Source: a virus
Lineage: Duplodnaviria > Caudoviricetes
IMG/VR virus record: IMGVR_UViG_3300037590_000132
Location: 1 to 54,419 of that record
DNA: 54,419 nucleotides
Direction: 5' to 3' (one strand)
The notes below the pieces were generated by a model that was not told the origin of the DNA, ran no database searches, and was given only the letters and a program-made list of their open reading frames with translations. Made by a program: the position numbers and the translations under genes. Positions 9,724 through 19,258 of this stretch are shown one piece after another. Position 1 is the first letter of the stretch. Every line of letters starts with the position of its first letter.

Positions 9724-9737
9724 ATGTGTTGTGACCG

Positions 9738-9965
9738 TCACGCGGTCAATCGTTCGTTTTTCTCTGTGTCGCCGATCGTCGTGATTGATCTGTCAATGAT
9801 TCCATCGTTGACTTGCACGGTTACTGCGACGGACCCGTACAGGTTTGGGTTGTAGTGAAGTTCTGATGTCAATCGTTGGCGAAGTCTTTCGCAAGCACGT
9901 TCGATACCAGCTTCGTTGGTTTGGTCCCGATTGATTTGTCGATTCGCCAGTTTCGGCATCGTCAT
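9738..9965 (-). CDS. Small DUF2292/YezD-like protein
   Basis: 75 aa from ATG 9965; YGSVAVTVQVNDGII resembles the YGSVxITVxDGxI pattern. Confidence 0.5.
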   Translation of the reverse strand: MTMPKLANRQINRDQTNEAGIERACERLRQRLTSELHYNPNLYGSVAVTVQVNDGIIDRSITTIGDTEKNERLTA

Positions 9966-9995
9966 CCCTGCGAAAAAGGTCTTTTGTTGGTCCAC

Positions 9996-10047
9996 TAAAA
10001 AAGCCACTTGCAAGTGATCCGCAAGTGGCTCCGATGATCGGTCACCA
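9996..10047 (-). terminator. Late-motif copy D plus terminator
   Basis: TGGT-GA-CCG-ATCAT-CGG-AGCCACTTGC...GCAAGTGGCT-TTTTT. Confidence 0.8.
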
Positions 10048-10063
10048 ACTCAATCAACAATTT

Positions 10064-12979
10064 TTATACCGCTGCCGTTGGGCTGTCAACAATCGAAGTG
10101 ATTCTTGATTGAAAGCGATCGATAAACGCATCCGCAAATTGGGTTGAAAACGGAACCGGTGATTCGTCTGGCTCTCCCCATTCAGCACCCATTTTGAAAG
10201 TTGGGTCATACTCATAGTCGGATGCCTTGCCGGTTGAGCTCATCATATCTTTGGCAAGAGCAAACACCTTCTCGTCTGTCTTCGATGGAACCTTTTCGAA
10301 GCCTTCTTTCAGACGACTAAACAAAGCGTTTTCTGAATCGCCGTTGCCAACTGATTCGGATCGACCGCCAGTGAGGAGCTGCGGGAACGAATCTTTTGCC
10401 ATATCGACCATCTCGTCAAACCGCGGGATCTGGCTTGCGTCACCTCCTTGCCCATGGGTTCGCCGGACAGCCTGAATGATCTGCGATGTTTTCTTGCCGC
10501 GGTACCCGAAGTTGCCAAGAAGCTGACGGAGATCGTCGTTCGTTTCTTCCGCTTCTGTGCGAATCATTTTGTGGGCATCGTCCATCAGGTCGCGGAACAG
10601 CGATACGTCATCGGGATGGTTGCCCGCATGATCAACGATCCTGTAGTCCAGGTCGGTGACGGGTTGGAACAACGGCTGTTGGTCACTGCTTTTCGTTCGA
10701 ATCCGATCCGAACGTTCGCCCTGGACAGATCGCGGATTCTTTCCACGCATCGAACGTGGTCCGCGGGACACCTTGTCCGATTCAATGAATACCGGATGAC
10801 CGTCGATTGTGACGAAACGTCCACGATCGCCTTTTGATCCAATTACTGTTCCGTCAGCCTCTTTTTGTTTTCCGCTTGTTGTTCTTTGGTTGCTGGTTTG
10901 TTTTGCAGCGGCTCGGTATCGGGCGATGGCAACTTCATCCCATCGGTGTAGACCGGCGGCATATCGTTGTCGCTCGGAAGCGACTGTGGTTTGGAGTCGG
11001 ATTCGCTCATATTTCCATCCAAAGTGTTGGGCTACCAGTTGGTTGACTTCGTGCCAATGTTCCGCACTCGCGATGTCGATCGCTTCAGATTGCGATTGGG
11101 AACCAGCCTTGGCTGCTTTTGCGATCTTAGACAAGTATCGATCTTTCACCAGCGAATCTTTCTCGTTGATGATCTTTTTTAAGATAGCTCGTCCGGATCG
11201 GGAGAGTTCCGAGTCGCCCATGTTGGGTTCAAAGATGAAAAGATATCCAGGCGAAATCACTCTCATCTGCTTCACGCCGTAATCAACCGCCACCATCATG
11301 TCGCCTGGTGAGAATGAATTCCCCATTCGCCGCGGGTTGTCTTCTGCGTGCTCCCAGCCGTTGGGATGATTGTGGGTCAAGATTGATCCTCGGAAGTGCT
11401 GTTTCGCTTCCTCAATCAAAAACGTTACCTGCGTTTTGCCACCGCTTTTGGACCAAAGCTCGTTGCCGTCTTCATCAAATGCGATCAGCTTTTCCGTCTT
11501 GCGGGTACGGATGGTCGTTTCGGCTCGATAGATCGCAGGATGGGTTTTGCCTCGCCCAACGTTCGCGTACACCACCGACTTAACTGGCAAAGCAGCCCTC
11601 GTTGCCTTCGGTTTCTTTGTCTCGGGTTTGACAGGGTTGTTCGAGTCAGAATCATCGCTGTCTTCAAACAGGTTCATCTGGCCGGGTGAGGCATCCAGTC
11701 CATTGATCAAGTTGGTTTGGCGTGCCGGCGGACGGTCAGACGACGATTGCTTCTCGCCTGACTGGGTCGCGAATTTTCCATCGCTTTGCCTTGGGTGCTT
11801 TGATTCGTCCCAATCAAACTTCTTTTGTGTTTTCGTTGACCGCAACGTTCCCTTTCCATCCACTCCGCTACTGAACAATCCGATTTGTCCAGGTGAATCG
11901 CGGTGGTTCGACATGTAGTGATCCATCGCCGCACTGAAAGACGTGATTGCGAATCGCTCGTGATCTTCAACTGGCCTGAACAACGAGTCGTTTGGCTTCA
12001 GTTTGGGAGCGAGGTTTCTTGGGATCATGTCGTTGTGGCGAATCACCGGTTTCAGATCGACCCCGCTTTCTCGGGCTTCTGCCAGGATGGTTTTCAGGTC
12101 TCCCATCAGCTTTTGAATGCCCGGTTGATCCACGTAGTTGTCCCATGCGTTTTTCTTCGCGGCGACCGGATCGCGATCATTTCGCTTTGCACCCTGAGCA
12201 ACCTGACCAACTGGCTGAACCTTTGCGGTCAAACTGTTGCTCCAATGCAAGAGTGCACTTCGGATTTGTTCATCTAGATGGCTGTGATGAAGCGGGTGTT
12301 CCTTCGGATCCGGTTCAGCCGCTTGCTCTGCCTTTAACGCTTCAACGTTCGCTTCCCACTGGCGGATCGCAGCTGCGGCCGGGCTCGCAGGCTCGTTGGT
12401 TCGTTTCGGTTCTGGCGGCTTCGGCGACTCTACCTTTGGCTTCGGATCTGCAGACGCTCCTGGCTTGCTAGTGAACTTGCCTCCGTCGCGTGGGTGTTTT
12501 GATTCGTCCCAGTCGAAAGTCGCTTGGCGAGCATCGTAGCGACTGACCTGATCGACGATCGGTTTTTTTCGACTTCCGTGTTTCAACCATGATCTGAATT
12601 GATCGATGGTCATCGTCGTGACGTTCCCGACTTTCCAATCGGCGGTATAGCATTTTCGATAAGCTGCAACAGCGGCTTCTTTGGATGGATACCCGATCAA
12701 AACCTTGTGTTCGTCAAATTCACCATCCAAGTTGGGTTGATCAATCACAACCACAAGTTGGATGTCTTTGTGTGGCCCGACGAACACGTCAACGTGATCA
12801 CCATCGGCTCCAGTCGTCCGCTTGATGTATCCGTAATCCGCAGACATCTTCGGCCAATTTGGACGCCGCCGGCATCCCCTTGGCGTTTCGATCGCAATAT
12901 CGAGACCGTGCAAACGGATGTGCTTCTTTCGATAGTTGCCGGCTTCGGCTTGTGCTGGCGTCGGTGTCATATCAAACAA
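10064..12979 (-). CDS. Polyvalent protein: inorganic pyrophosphatase-like domain, two WDESKHPR repeats, JAB/MPN-like domain
   Basis: YGYIKRTTGADGDHVDVFVG...FDEHKV; FDWDESKHPR..GKF twice; THNHP...SFSPGD; FVTIDGHPVFI. Confidence 0.75.
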   Translation of the reverse strand: MFDMTPTPAQAEAGNYRKKHIRLHGLDIAIETPRGCRRRPNWPKMSADYGYIKRTTGADGDHVDVFVGPHKDIQLVVVIDQPNLDGEFDEHKVLIGYPSKEAAVAAYRKCYTADWKVGNVTTMTIDQFRSWLKHGSRKKPIVDQVSRYDARQATFDWDESKHPRDGGKFTSKPGASADPKPKVESPKPPEPKRTNEPASPAAAAIRQWEANVEALKAEQAAEPDPKEHPLHHSHLDEQIRSALLHWSNSLTAKVQPVGQVAQGAKRNDRDPVAAKKNAWDNYVDQPGIQKLMGDLKTILAEARESGVDLKPVIRHNDMIPRNLAPKLKPNDSLFRPVEDHERFAITSFSAAMDHYMSNHRDSPGQIGLFSSGVDGKGTLRSTKTQKKFDWDESKHPRQSDGKFATQSGEKQSSSDRPPARQTNLINGLDASPGQMNLFEDSDDSDSNNPVKPETKKPKATRAALPVKSVVYANVGRGKTHPAIYRAETTIRTRKTEKLIAFDEDGNELWSKSGGKTQVTFLIEEAKQHFRGSILTHNHPNGWEHAEDNPRRMGNSFSPGDMMVAVDYGVKQMRVISPGYLFIFEPNMGDSELSRSGRAILKKIINEKDSLVKDRYLSKIAKAAKAGSQSQSEAIDIASAEHWHEVNQLVAQHFGWKYERIRLQTTVASERQRYAAGLHRWDEVAIARYRAAAKQTSNQRTTSGKQKEADGTVIGSKGDRGRFVTIDGHPVFIESDKVSRGPRSMRGKNPRSVQGERSDRIRTKSSDQQPLFQPVTDLDYRIVDHAGNHPDDVSLFRDLMDDAHKMIRTEAEETNDDLRQLLGNFGYRGKKTSQIIQAVRRTHGQGGDASQIPRFDEMVDMAKDSFPQLLTGGRSESVGNGDSENALFSRLKEGFEKVPSKTDEKVFALAKDMMSSTGKASDYEYDPTFKMGAEWGEPDESPVPFSTQFADAFIDRFQSRITSIVDSPTAAV

Positions 12980-15365
12980 CCAAGGTGGCGATGTTGGCGG
13001 TTCCAGATGCGGGCACCGTGATTTGCGTTCTCACTGCCCGTCCTTCGTAGGTGACAGAAATGTCGTAAGTCACACCCTGGATGAGATTGATCAGAATCAC
13101 CCCGCTCTCACTTTCAGCGGTCACCGTTGTCGGGAACACAAGCGATTCTGTGGTGAACGTCGCTTCCGATGCCGTCGCGGCCACCATCTTTGCCCCAGTG
13201 ATCGGAACATTGTGCGCCGTGACGACTTGCAGGGTACATTCGCAGTCGTCCTCTTCGGACAACGCCGGTGCGGTGACTTTTTCGAGCGAAACCGCCCGCG
13301 GAACATCATCCTCGACAACCGTGACTTCGATCGGCGTCGGAATCGAATAGCCGTAGGGTGGAATGATTCGGACCGTGTAAGTCGCGTTGTTCGGAACGTA
13401 GATTCGAGCAACGCCATCGATTCCGCTGATTTGCAGAGCGTAGCCGTTGATCTCGATTGCGACATTCGAAACTGGATCTTCGGTTTCGTCATCATCGAAG
13501 GTGAAAACGATTGCCGAGAAGGTGCTAGGAATCGATCCGCCGCCCCCACTGACCGACGAAACCGCGACGTCCAGGTTCGCACCAAAGCTGCCAGCGGTGT
13601 TGTGATCATCCGTCGCAGCATTCCACACGGCCGCCGCGTTCTGAGTCGCACTAGGCACATTGCCAAGTGCGGTTAGCACGTCATCGAGAACCGGGGCAGT
13701 GCCATCGACTGACGATCCATCACCAAACGAGGCGGTGTTGATGACTTCGCTAGCTTCGGGTGCGTGGTACGTCCCAGTGGTGCCAGACGCCGGGCCGTAG
13801 CTGACCGAATCCAATACGCTTGCAGCACTCGGCAAAACAACCGTCCCGGTCGTCGCATCGACGTTGACGCCAGATAGCACTTGTGCTGCCGTTGGCACAT
13901 AGCAAGTTCCCGTTGTGCCATCGCCGCGATCCACGCCGAATCGAACGTCAGACGCATTGGCGTAGGTTGGCGTTTCTTCGCCTGCCAGCAAAGCTGCGTA
14001 GGCCGCTTCGCCCAGTGCTTTCATCCCTGCCGCGTCATAGTGAACGTCGTCAACTTTCAACGTCATCGCGTCTGTGTCAATCCAAGACGTAGCGGCGTCC
14101 ATCGACCCGACCACCTCTTGATACTTGCGGACATCGGCGACACCAGAAGCATCGAACGCCGGATCTTCTTCGCGAATCCTTGCCACGCAGAACTTGGCCG
14201 AAGCATCGCCCATTTGTTCGCGGTATTTTTCGATTAAGGGTCGCAGGTTCTCGCCGTACTCCGCACCGTAGGCTGCTGACGTTGCGTCTTGCTCACCTTG
14301 CATCCACAGCACACCAGCCAAGTCCGGGCCGATCCCAGCATTGAGCATGTCGGCCTCCACCGTCCAAAGGTTACGCATGGCCAAATTGAATTTGTTTGCA
14401 GACGCCTCGTCGTCCAGTGACCAATCATTCGCACCTGTGTTAGCGAGGTAGCTGCTGCCGACACCATACTTTGAGATGTATAGCGTTTGGCTCGCGTCCT
14501 CGGCCTCCCACGCTAGTCCCATCTCAGGACCAAAATCCGTCGCGGGCGCGTCGGTTTGGTTGTTGGTGCCCATCACCAACGCAGCGGTGGTCAGTGTGTC
14601 GCGGCTGCTGATATAGACGTTTGCGGGAGTTGTTTTGAGTTGGTCGCCTGCCGAAAGATTCGCGATTTTCGCACGGCCCTCTGCGTTGCTTTGACCCCAG
14701 ACCCCAACGAGCTTTGCAGTCGAGGGGCAATCCCGATAGTCAATGTAGAAGGATCGTGATGCCGCAAGCTGCCTTGCCATAAAGTAGATACGCTGACGTT
14801 CCGCATCCGTCAGAACATTGTCAAAGACGGCAGCCCACGCGATCCCAAAATCCGCCAAGCGGCTCGTCGTAGTCGAGTGTCTGCCACCCCACCCAAAAAT
14901 CGTGTTGTACGCCTGGGAATACTCGGCAAACACTACGACCCAATTGCCGCGATTAACCCGATATGCGACTTGGCCGTTCGAATCACGACGGTAAATCGGG
15001 ACCACGCCACGCACGGACCCGGTGTGAAATTTTGGAAACACCGACGGGTCCACAGTCTGCGGGAACGTGCCGTACCCGCTGCTCAGACCACCGCTAATAA
15101 GGAATCCTCCGTTTTCGCCCTTGCCTGTCCGGCACAAGAGAACAACCGTCCGCGCCCCTGTAATGCTTGGCGTCTGGATCAATCCACTCGCAAGCGAAAT
15201 GCCCTCGGTTTCCCAGGTGTAGTTGGGGTCAGTCGGGGTTGTTAGATCAATGTCGCTTGACCCGACTTCGTCGGCAACAGTCGTGCCGCTGCCTTCGCCG
15301 AAATGCCACTCCGAAATCAACGCACCGTTTTCGGGATCGGTCAGTCGGTAATCTGTCCAGGCCAT
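12972..15365 (-). CDS. Virion-associated sialate O-acetylesterase-type (SASA) protein with lectin-like and Ig-like parts
   Basis: GQSNAEG, WMQGEQD and DDVHY SGNH blocks; N-terminal WHFGEGSGTTVAD LamG-like start; TTGTxxxPxAxxV repeats. Confidence 0.75.
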   Translation of the reverse strand: MAWTDYRLTDPENGALISEWHFGEGSGTTVADEVGSSDIDLTTPTDPNYTWETEGISLASGLIQTPSITGARTVVLLCRTGKGENGGFLISGGLSSGYGTFPQTVDPSVFPKFHTGSVRGVVPIYRRDSNGQVAYRVNRGNWVVVFAEYSQAYNTIFGWGGRHSTTTSRLADFGIAWAAVFDNVLTDAERQRIYFMARQLAASRSFYIDYRDCPSTAKLVGVWGQSNAEGRAKIANLSAGDQLKTTPANVYISSRDTLTTAALVMGTNNQTDAPATDFGPEMGLAWEAEDASQTLYISKYGVGSSYLANTGANDWSLDDEASANKFNLAMRNLWTVEADMLNAGIGPDLAGVLWMQGEQDATSAAYGAEYGENLRPLIEKYREQMGDASAKFCVARIREEDPAFDASGVADVRKYQEVVGSMDAATSWIDTDAMTLKVDDVHYDAAGMKALGEAAYAALLAGEETPTYANASDVRFGVDRGDGTTGTCYVPTAAQVLSGVNVDATTGTVVLPSAASVLDSVSYGPASGTTGTYHAPEASEVINTASFGDGSSVDGTAPVLDDVLTALGNVPSATQNAAAVWNAATDDHNTAGSFGANLDVAVSSVSGGGGSIPSTFSAIVFTFDDDETEDPVSNVAIEINGYALQISGIDGVARIYVPNNATYTVRIIPPYGYSIPTPIEVTVVEDDVPRAVSLEKVTAPALSEEDDCECTLQVVTAHNVPITGAKMVAATASEATFTTESLVFPTTVTAESESGVILINLIQGVTYDISVTYEGRAVRTQITVPASGTANIATLVV

Positions 15366-15386
15366 TTTTAACTCTTTCGGTGTCTA

Positions 15387-16112
15387 CTATTGGTCTGATG
15401 ATGGTATGGCTGATCGCAATAGCTTGGACCAAATCTTGTTGCCAACCGCGTTCAAATGGAGTCCGTCCGCGATGCACTTATCGTTGTCGAGGCGACCGTC
15501 GCCATCACTGTCGAGCGATGGAGTCGCGTCTACGAAAACAAAATTTGCTTGCGATTGCGCTGCTGACAGTTTTGAGTTGATGCGGCTAATTCGATCAGTA
15601 AATCCAACCATCGCCGGATCGAGTTCCGTGTTGACTGGCAATAGCGACGAAACAAAAACTTGTTGGGTCGTAATGTTGCCAACGATTGCAATGATGCCCT
15701 CGACGATGGCATCGTCTGACTTCTTGGCCAAGTCATTGATGCCGATCGCGAGGAAAACAAACTTCGCACGCCGAATTGAACTTTCGTATTTCGGTAATCG
15801 TTCAACAACACCATCAATTGTGTCACTTCCAATTCCGTAGTTCACAGCTCGATCGCAGACAGCATCAACGCTCATGCCTTGTATGAGGCTATCTCCGATA
15901 AATATCCCGCAGCCGTCAGGCAATGCCCCGTCGGATCGCTTGTGATACTCGACCATTCGGTCAAAGAACGTGTTTTGGCTAGCCGCAGCAACTTGGCCGG
16001 TAAGCTTCACTAGCACGCGCGGAATGACCTGGTCATGCCACACGATCGCAGCTAATGCGGCGTGAATAAAAACGAGGTAGGAAACCAGGACGATTCGTGT
16101 TTGTTTTTTCAT
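15387..16112 (-). CDS. Membrane-anchored GDSL/SGNH hydrolase
   Basis: N-terminal TM helix; FIGDSL, NYGIGSD, AIGIND, DGLHLN. Confidence 0.9.
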   Translation of the reverse strand: MKKQTRIVLVSYLVFIHAALAAIVWHDQVIPRVLVKLTGQVAAASQNTFFDRMVEYHKRSDGALPDGCGIFIGDSLIQGMSVDAVCDRAVNYGIGSDTIDGVVERLPKYESSIRRAKFVFLAIGINDLAKKSDDAIVEGIIAIVGNITTQQVFVSSLLPVNTELDPAMVGFTDRISRINSKLSAAQSQANFVFVDATPSLDSDGDGRLDNDKCIADGLHLNAVGNKIWSKLLRSAIPSSDQ

Positions 16113-16234
16113 TTCAGACGCTCTTTCTGCGGTTGGTTGGCGAGAGGGAGAGCATTTTACTCAGCGATGATAAAGTCGGACCATGTGCGATGAAAATCGC
16201 ACTAGGTTAGTGAGGTAGTGCGGAAACTTCCGCA

Positions 16235-17782
16235 TTAGGCTGATTTGTTGACCGCGTTGGCATGGAACTCTGACATGACATCGTTGAACGCTTTGTCCAG
16301 GTCCAAGACGGCCGGTTTTGTTGATCCGATTGGTTGTGAATTCCCCGCTCCAGCAATGCCTTGGCCAGCTGAGCTCAAAACGTCGTCACTGACGTCAGGC
16401 ATTGATGCACCAATCGTGTCATAGACTTCGCTTGACTTGATCTTCAGACCCATGTCGTAAGCTTTTTTGTATGCTTCCATCTTGGCGGCGATGTTCGGTG
16501 ATTCCGTGTCAATTCGGAACCTTGGTTGCATCCGCCAGAGTGATGGGAAGTTGGCTGTCTGGATGGTGCGAACAAAATCGTTCGTGATCGTCTCTTCCAG
16601 ATTGCGTGCGTCGTACTCCACGATGTCAGCAAACGTCGCCATGTGGGCATCCGCAACACCACTTCCAAGACCAGTTGAATCAGCTTCACTGGTGAGCGTT
16701 TGCCCCAAAATGTAACGCTTGATGCGATGACCAAAATAACTTCGGATGATATCGATCGTGGTCGAAACACCACCCAGTCCTGGTTCAATCAGTTGCGGCA
16801 TGAATCGATCTGGGTGATCATCGGGTGGAAGAGGTGCCAAAATTACCGTCCGACCGCCCCCCATCGCTTCGTGAGCGGCCCGCTCGGTGTCTTCTTGTGA
16901 CTTCGGATTCCCAGATTGATAAGGCCAGATCTCGATACCAAAAGCGGCTCGGTCAAGATATTCAACAACACGCTGAAGACACTCCACCATTGCATACCAT
17001 GTCCAGTAAATCCGATCGCGGATTCCCACGCCGTGGATACGACCTGCCATCACTGGATCCTGGTAAGGACCATCTTCGATTTGGTGCTTGTGGAGCAGCA
17101 TTGTCTTTCGCTGCCACGGATTCAGCCAGTAAACCAGCCCCTGTTCGGTTGGCTCAATCTGCCGAACGATATCGCCCGTTCGCGGGTCGCGGTAGCTTCG
17201 TTGACCTTGCCATGCTGCGTGCACTCGAATGCCGACTTGGTCCTCGTCGGCGGTATAGGATCCATCGTTGTAGCGAAACACCAACTTGTCGCCGTGGCGA
17301 GGTTCCCACACTTTCGCGATCGTTCGATACTGTCCTTTCACAAGGGACGGACGGTACCGAATCACATTCGCGTACCGCCCATACCAGATTGCTTCCATTG
17401 CTGTTCGCCGAAACTCAGTGAATCGTGGAGTCGCTTCCATGATGTCATTGAGCATCGCACACAAAGCAAGTTCATCTTGATTGTTGCTGTCTTCTGGTTC
17501 GATGTGCCAATTCAACAGAGCAGTGGCACGCTGTCGGGCTTCGATGCACTCCATGATCCCGCAATCAGCACGCATTCGCTCCGCGTTCGATCGGCTATCG
17601 CGAAGAGCTTCATCCAGGTTGAGGTAGGACTGGGAAATGATTCCCCGTCGCCCGCCGACCGTGTGGATATGGGGAAGCCAATCTTGCCCAAAATTGGGCG
17701 ATGCTCCAAGGATTCCTTCAGCAGGATCTCGCTGTGACTGCTGGATCACTCGGGCTGGCAGCTGATTGGGACTGAGCGTCAT
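16235..17782 (-). CDS. Portal protein (Mu gp29/DUF935-like)
   Basis: AIWYG and ILGQTLTSE...GLGSGVADAH motifs; 515 aa. Confidence 0.85.
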   Translation of the reverse strand: MTLSPNQLPARVIQQSQRDPAEGILGASPNFGQDWLPHIHTVGGRRGIISQSYLNLDEALRDSRSNAERMRADCGIMECIEARQRATALLNWHIEPEDSNNQDELALCAMLNDIMEATPRFTEFRRTAMEAIWYGRYANVIRYRPSLVKGQYRTIAKVWEPRHGDKLVFRYNDGSYTADEDQVGIRVHAAWQGQRSYRDPRTGDIVRQIEPTEQGLVYWLNPWQRKTMLLHKHQIEDGPYQDPVMAGRIHGVGIRDRIYWTWYAMVECLQRVVEYLDRAAFGIEIWPYQSGNPKSQEDTERAAHEAMGGGRTVILAPLPPDDHPDRFMPQLIEPGLGGVSTTIDIIRSYFGHRIKRYILGQTLTSEADSTGLGSGVADAHMATFADIVEYDARNLEETITNDFVRTIQTANFPSLWRMQPRFRIDTESPNIAAKMEAYKKAYDMGLKIKSSEVYDTIGASMPDVSDDVLSSAGQGIAGAGNSQPIGSTKPAVLDLDKAFNDVMSEFHANAVNKSA

Positions 17783-17800
17783 GTTTTCTCGATTGCCCAG

Positions 17801-17859
17801 AAACGAAAAAAGCCCGCTCTCGCTGGGTTGCGAAAGCGGGCTCCGGTGGTCGGTTGCCG
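17801..17859 (-). terminator. Late-motif copy B plus terminator, upstream of the portal gene
   Basis: GGC-AA-CCG-ACCAC-CGG-AGCCCGCTTTCGC...GCGAGAGCGGGCT-TTTTTCGTTT. Confidence 0.85.
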
Positions 17860-17886
17860 TTTGATTGTCGTCCGATCATCTTAGCG

Positions 17887-18534
17887 TCAAGGATGCAGGC
17901 CGGCAAACGATCTCGTGCTGGTAAATGATGGCCCACCACGATCCAGTCCGTACCACATTCCGGAACGGTACTCGTTTTCCGGTGGACACTTCAAGTCATT
18001 CAAGTACGACAAGCATCGTGTCATCAGCTCTGACTGATAATCCAGGGAAGCAATCGATTGCTCCAGTGCGATCAGACCGCTTTCAAGATTCTCCAAAATG
18101 AATGACTTTGCTTCTGCGTTGCTCGATCTTTCGTTTGACTTCTCAAAGCGTTCGATCTGCTTTTTCAGTTTGTCTCTTCCGTCTCGGTGTCGATTAGCGT
18201 GATCTTTGAAATCCTGTCGACGTGCGTCGAGTTGACGGCAGATACTCTTGATTGGATCGCTGTTATCATTGGCGAAGGCGTCAGCCAGCATTGGTGCAAT
18301 CGTTGATTCAACCTCGTTCTGAGCCTTCGATTCGCTTTCAGTTTCGCCAGTTTTGTCAAATCGTTTTCGACGTGCTGGATCAACCAAAATGTCGCGGGCT
18401 TCCGTTAGACGCTTCATATCTTCCTCGCTTCCGCCGTGGTCGGGGTGCATTTTCATCGCGTTTTGCCGGTAGGCTCGCTTGATGTCATCGATCGACGCGT
18501 CGCGATCGACTCCGAGGATTTCGTAAGGGTTCAC
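17887..18534 (-). CDS. J-domain (DnaJ-like) protein
   Basis: NPYEILGV...IKRAYR...HPD followed by a coiled coil. The GTG start overlaps the upstream stop (GTGA). Confidence 0.9.
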   Translation of the reverse strand: MNPYEILGVDRDASIDDIKRAYRQNAMKMHPDHGGSEEDMKRLTEARDILVDPARRKRFDKTGETESESKAQNEVESTIAPMLADAFANDNSDPIKSICRQLDARRQDFKDHANRHRDGRDKLKKQIERFEKSNERSSNAEAKSFILENLESGLIALEQSIASLDYQSELMTRCLSYLNDLKCPPENEYRSGMWYGLDRGGPSFTSTRSFAGLHP

Positions 18535-18884
18535 CTGGATGGCCTCATTTCGACAAATACTTCCAATCCAAGCCCCCTGGCGGTTTCGATCATGTTCTTT
18601 GTGCCGCGAGACCGACCGTCCCAAAATGCTATCAGGCGTTCGCCGTATTCAGCCATTTCGCGATTTCTGATCGGGCCGGCTGCTTTTCCGTGCTTTCCCC
18701 AGTCAGCGGGGAACATCTTCACCGGAACCCCGCGATCGATTGCCCATCTGCGACCGCATTCGTCCGCACCATTCGCGCCCCCACACACAACCTCCGATAT
18801 TTCAAAGGAATCGAGAACCTTCCGATCTGCTTCGGTGAACTGATAGTTCCGCCCGCCCGCAATGATGGTTTTCTTGGCGTTCAT
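18531..18884 (-). CDS. SLOG family protein (DUF2493/YspA-like)
   Basis: IIAGGRNY, GGANGAD, ADW..HGKAAGPIRN..M, AFWDG.SRGT. Confidence 0.9.
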   Translation of the reverse strand: MNAKKTIIAGGRNYQFTEADRKVLDSFEISEVVCGGANGADECGRRWAIDRGVPVKMFPADWGKHGKAAGPIRNREMAEYGERLIAFWDGRSRGTKNMIETARGLGLEVFVEMRPSR

Positions 18885-19252
18885 TTCGCCGCCGCCATCT
18901 GATCGACCTGTTTTTCCCATCGATCCAAAAGCGATCGGATTGTTTGATCGTGCCGTCTTTCTCGATCGACAGATTCAGAAATCCAAGTGTGCAAAGCGGA
19001 GAATGGTTCACCCTTGATTGTTTCGACGATGTTTCGAATTTCTCGAATGGCATCATCAAGAATCACGGCTTCCGTTCTCGGTGGTCCGGTCGGACGAGAT
19101 AATCTGTCCAGGCACTTGCTTAGCAGATGCACCTGCTGATCCATCGAATCCGAGATTGAATTCAGATAGATCGAATGGTCCTCTTGAAAACCATCGATCC
19201 TTTCAAGCAGTTCTTCGGTTCGGCTTCGACGTTTCCAGAACTTCCAAGGCAT
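18881..19252 (-). CDS. Hypothetical protein
   Basis: 123 aa, tightly coupled within the operon. Confidence 0.6.
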   Translation of the reverse strand: MPWKFWKRRSRTEELLERIDGFQEDHSIYLNSISDSMDQQVHLLSKCLDRLSRPTGPPRTEAVILDDAIREIRNIVETIKGEPFSALHTWISESVDRERRHDQTIRSLLDRWEKQVDQMAAAK

Positions 19253-19258
19253 AACGCG

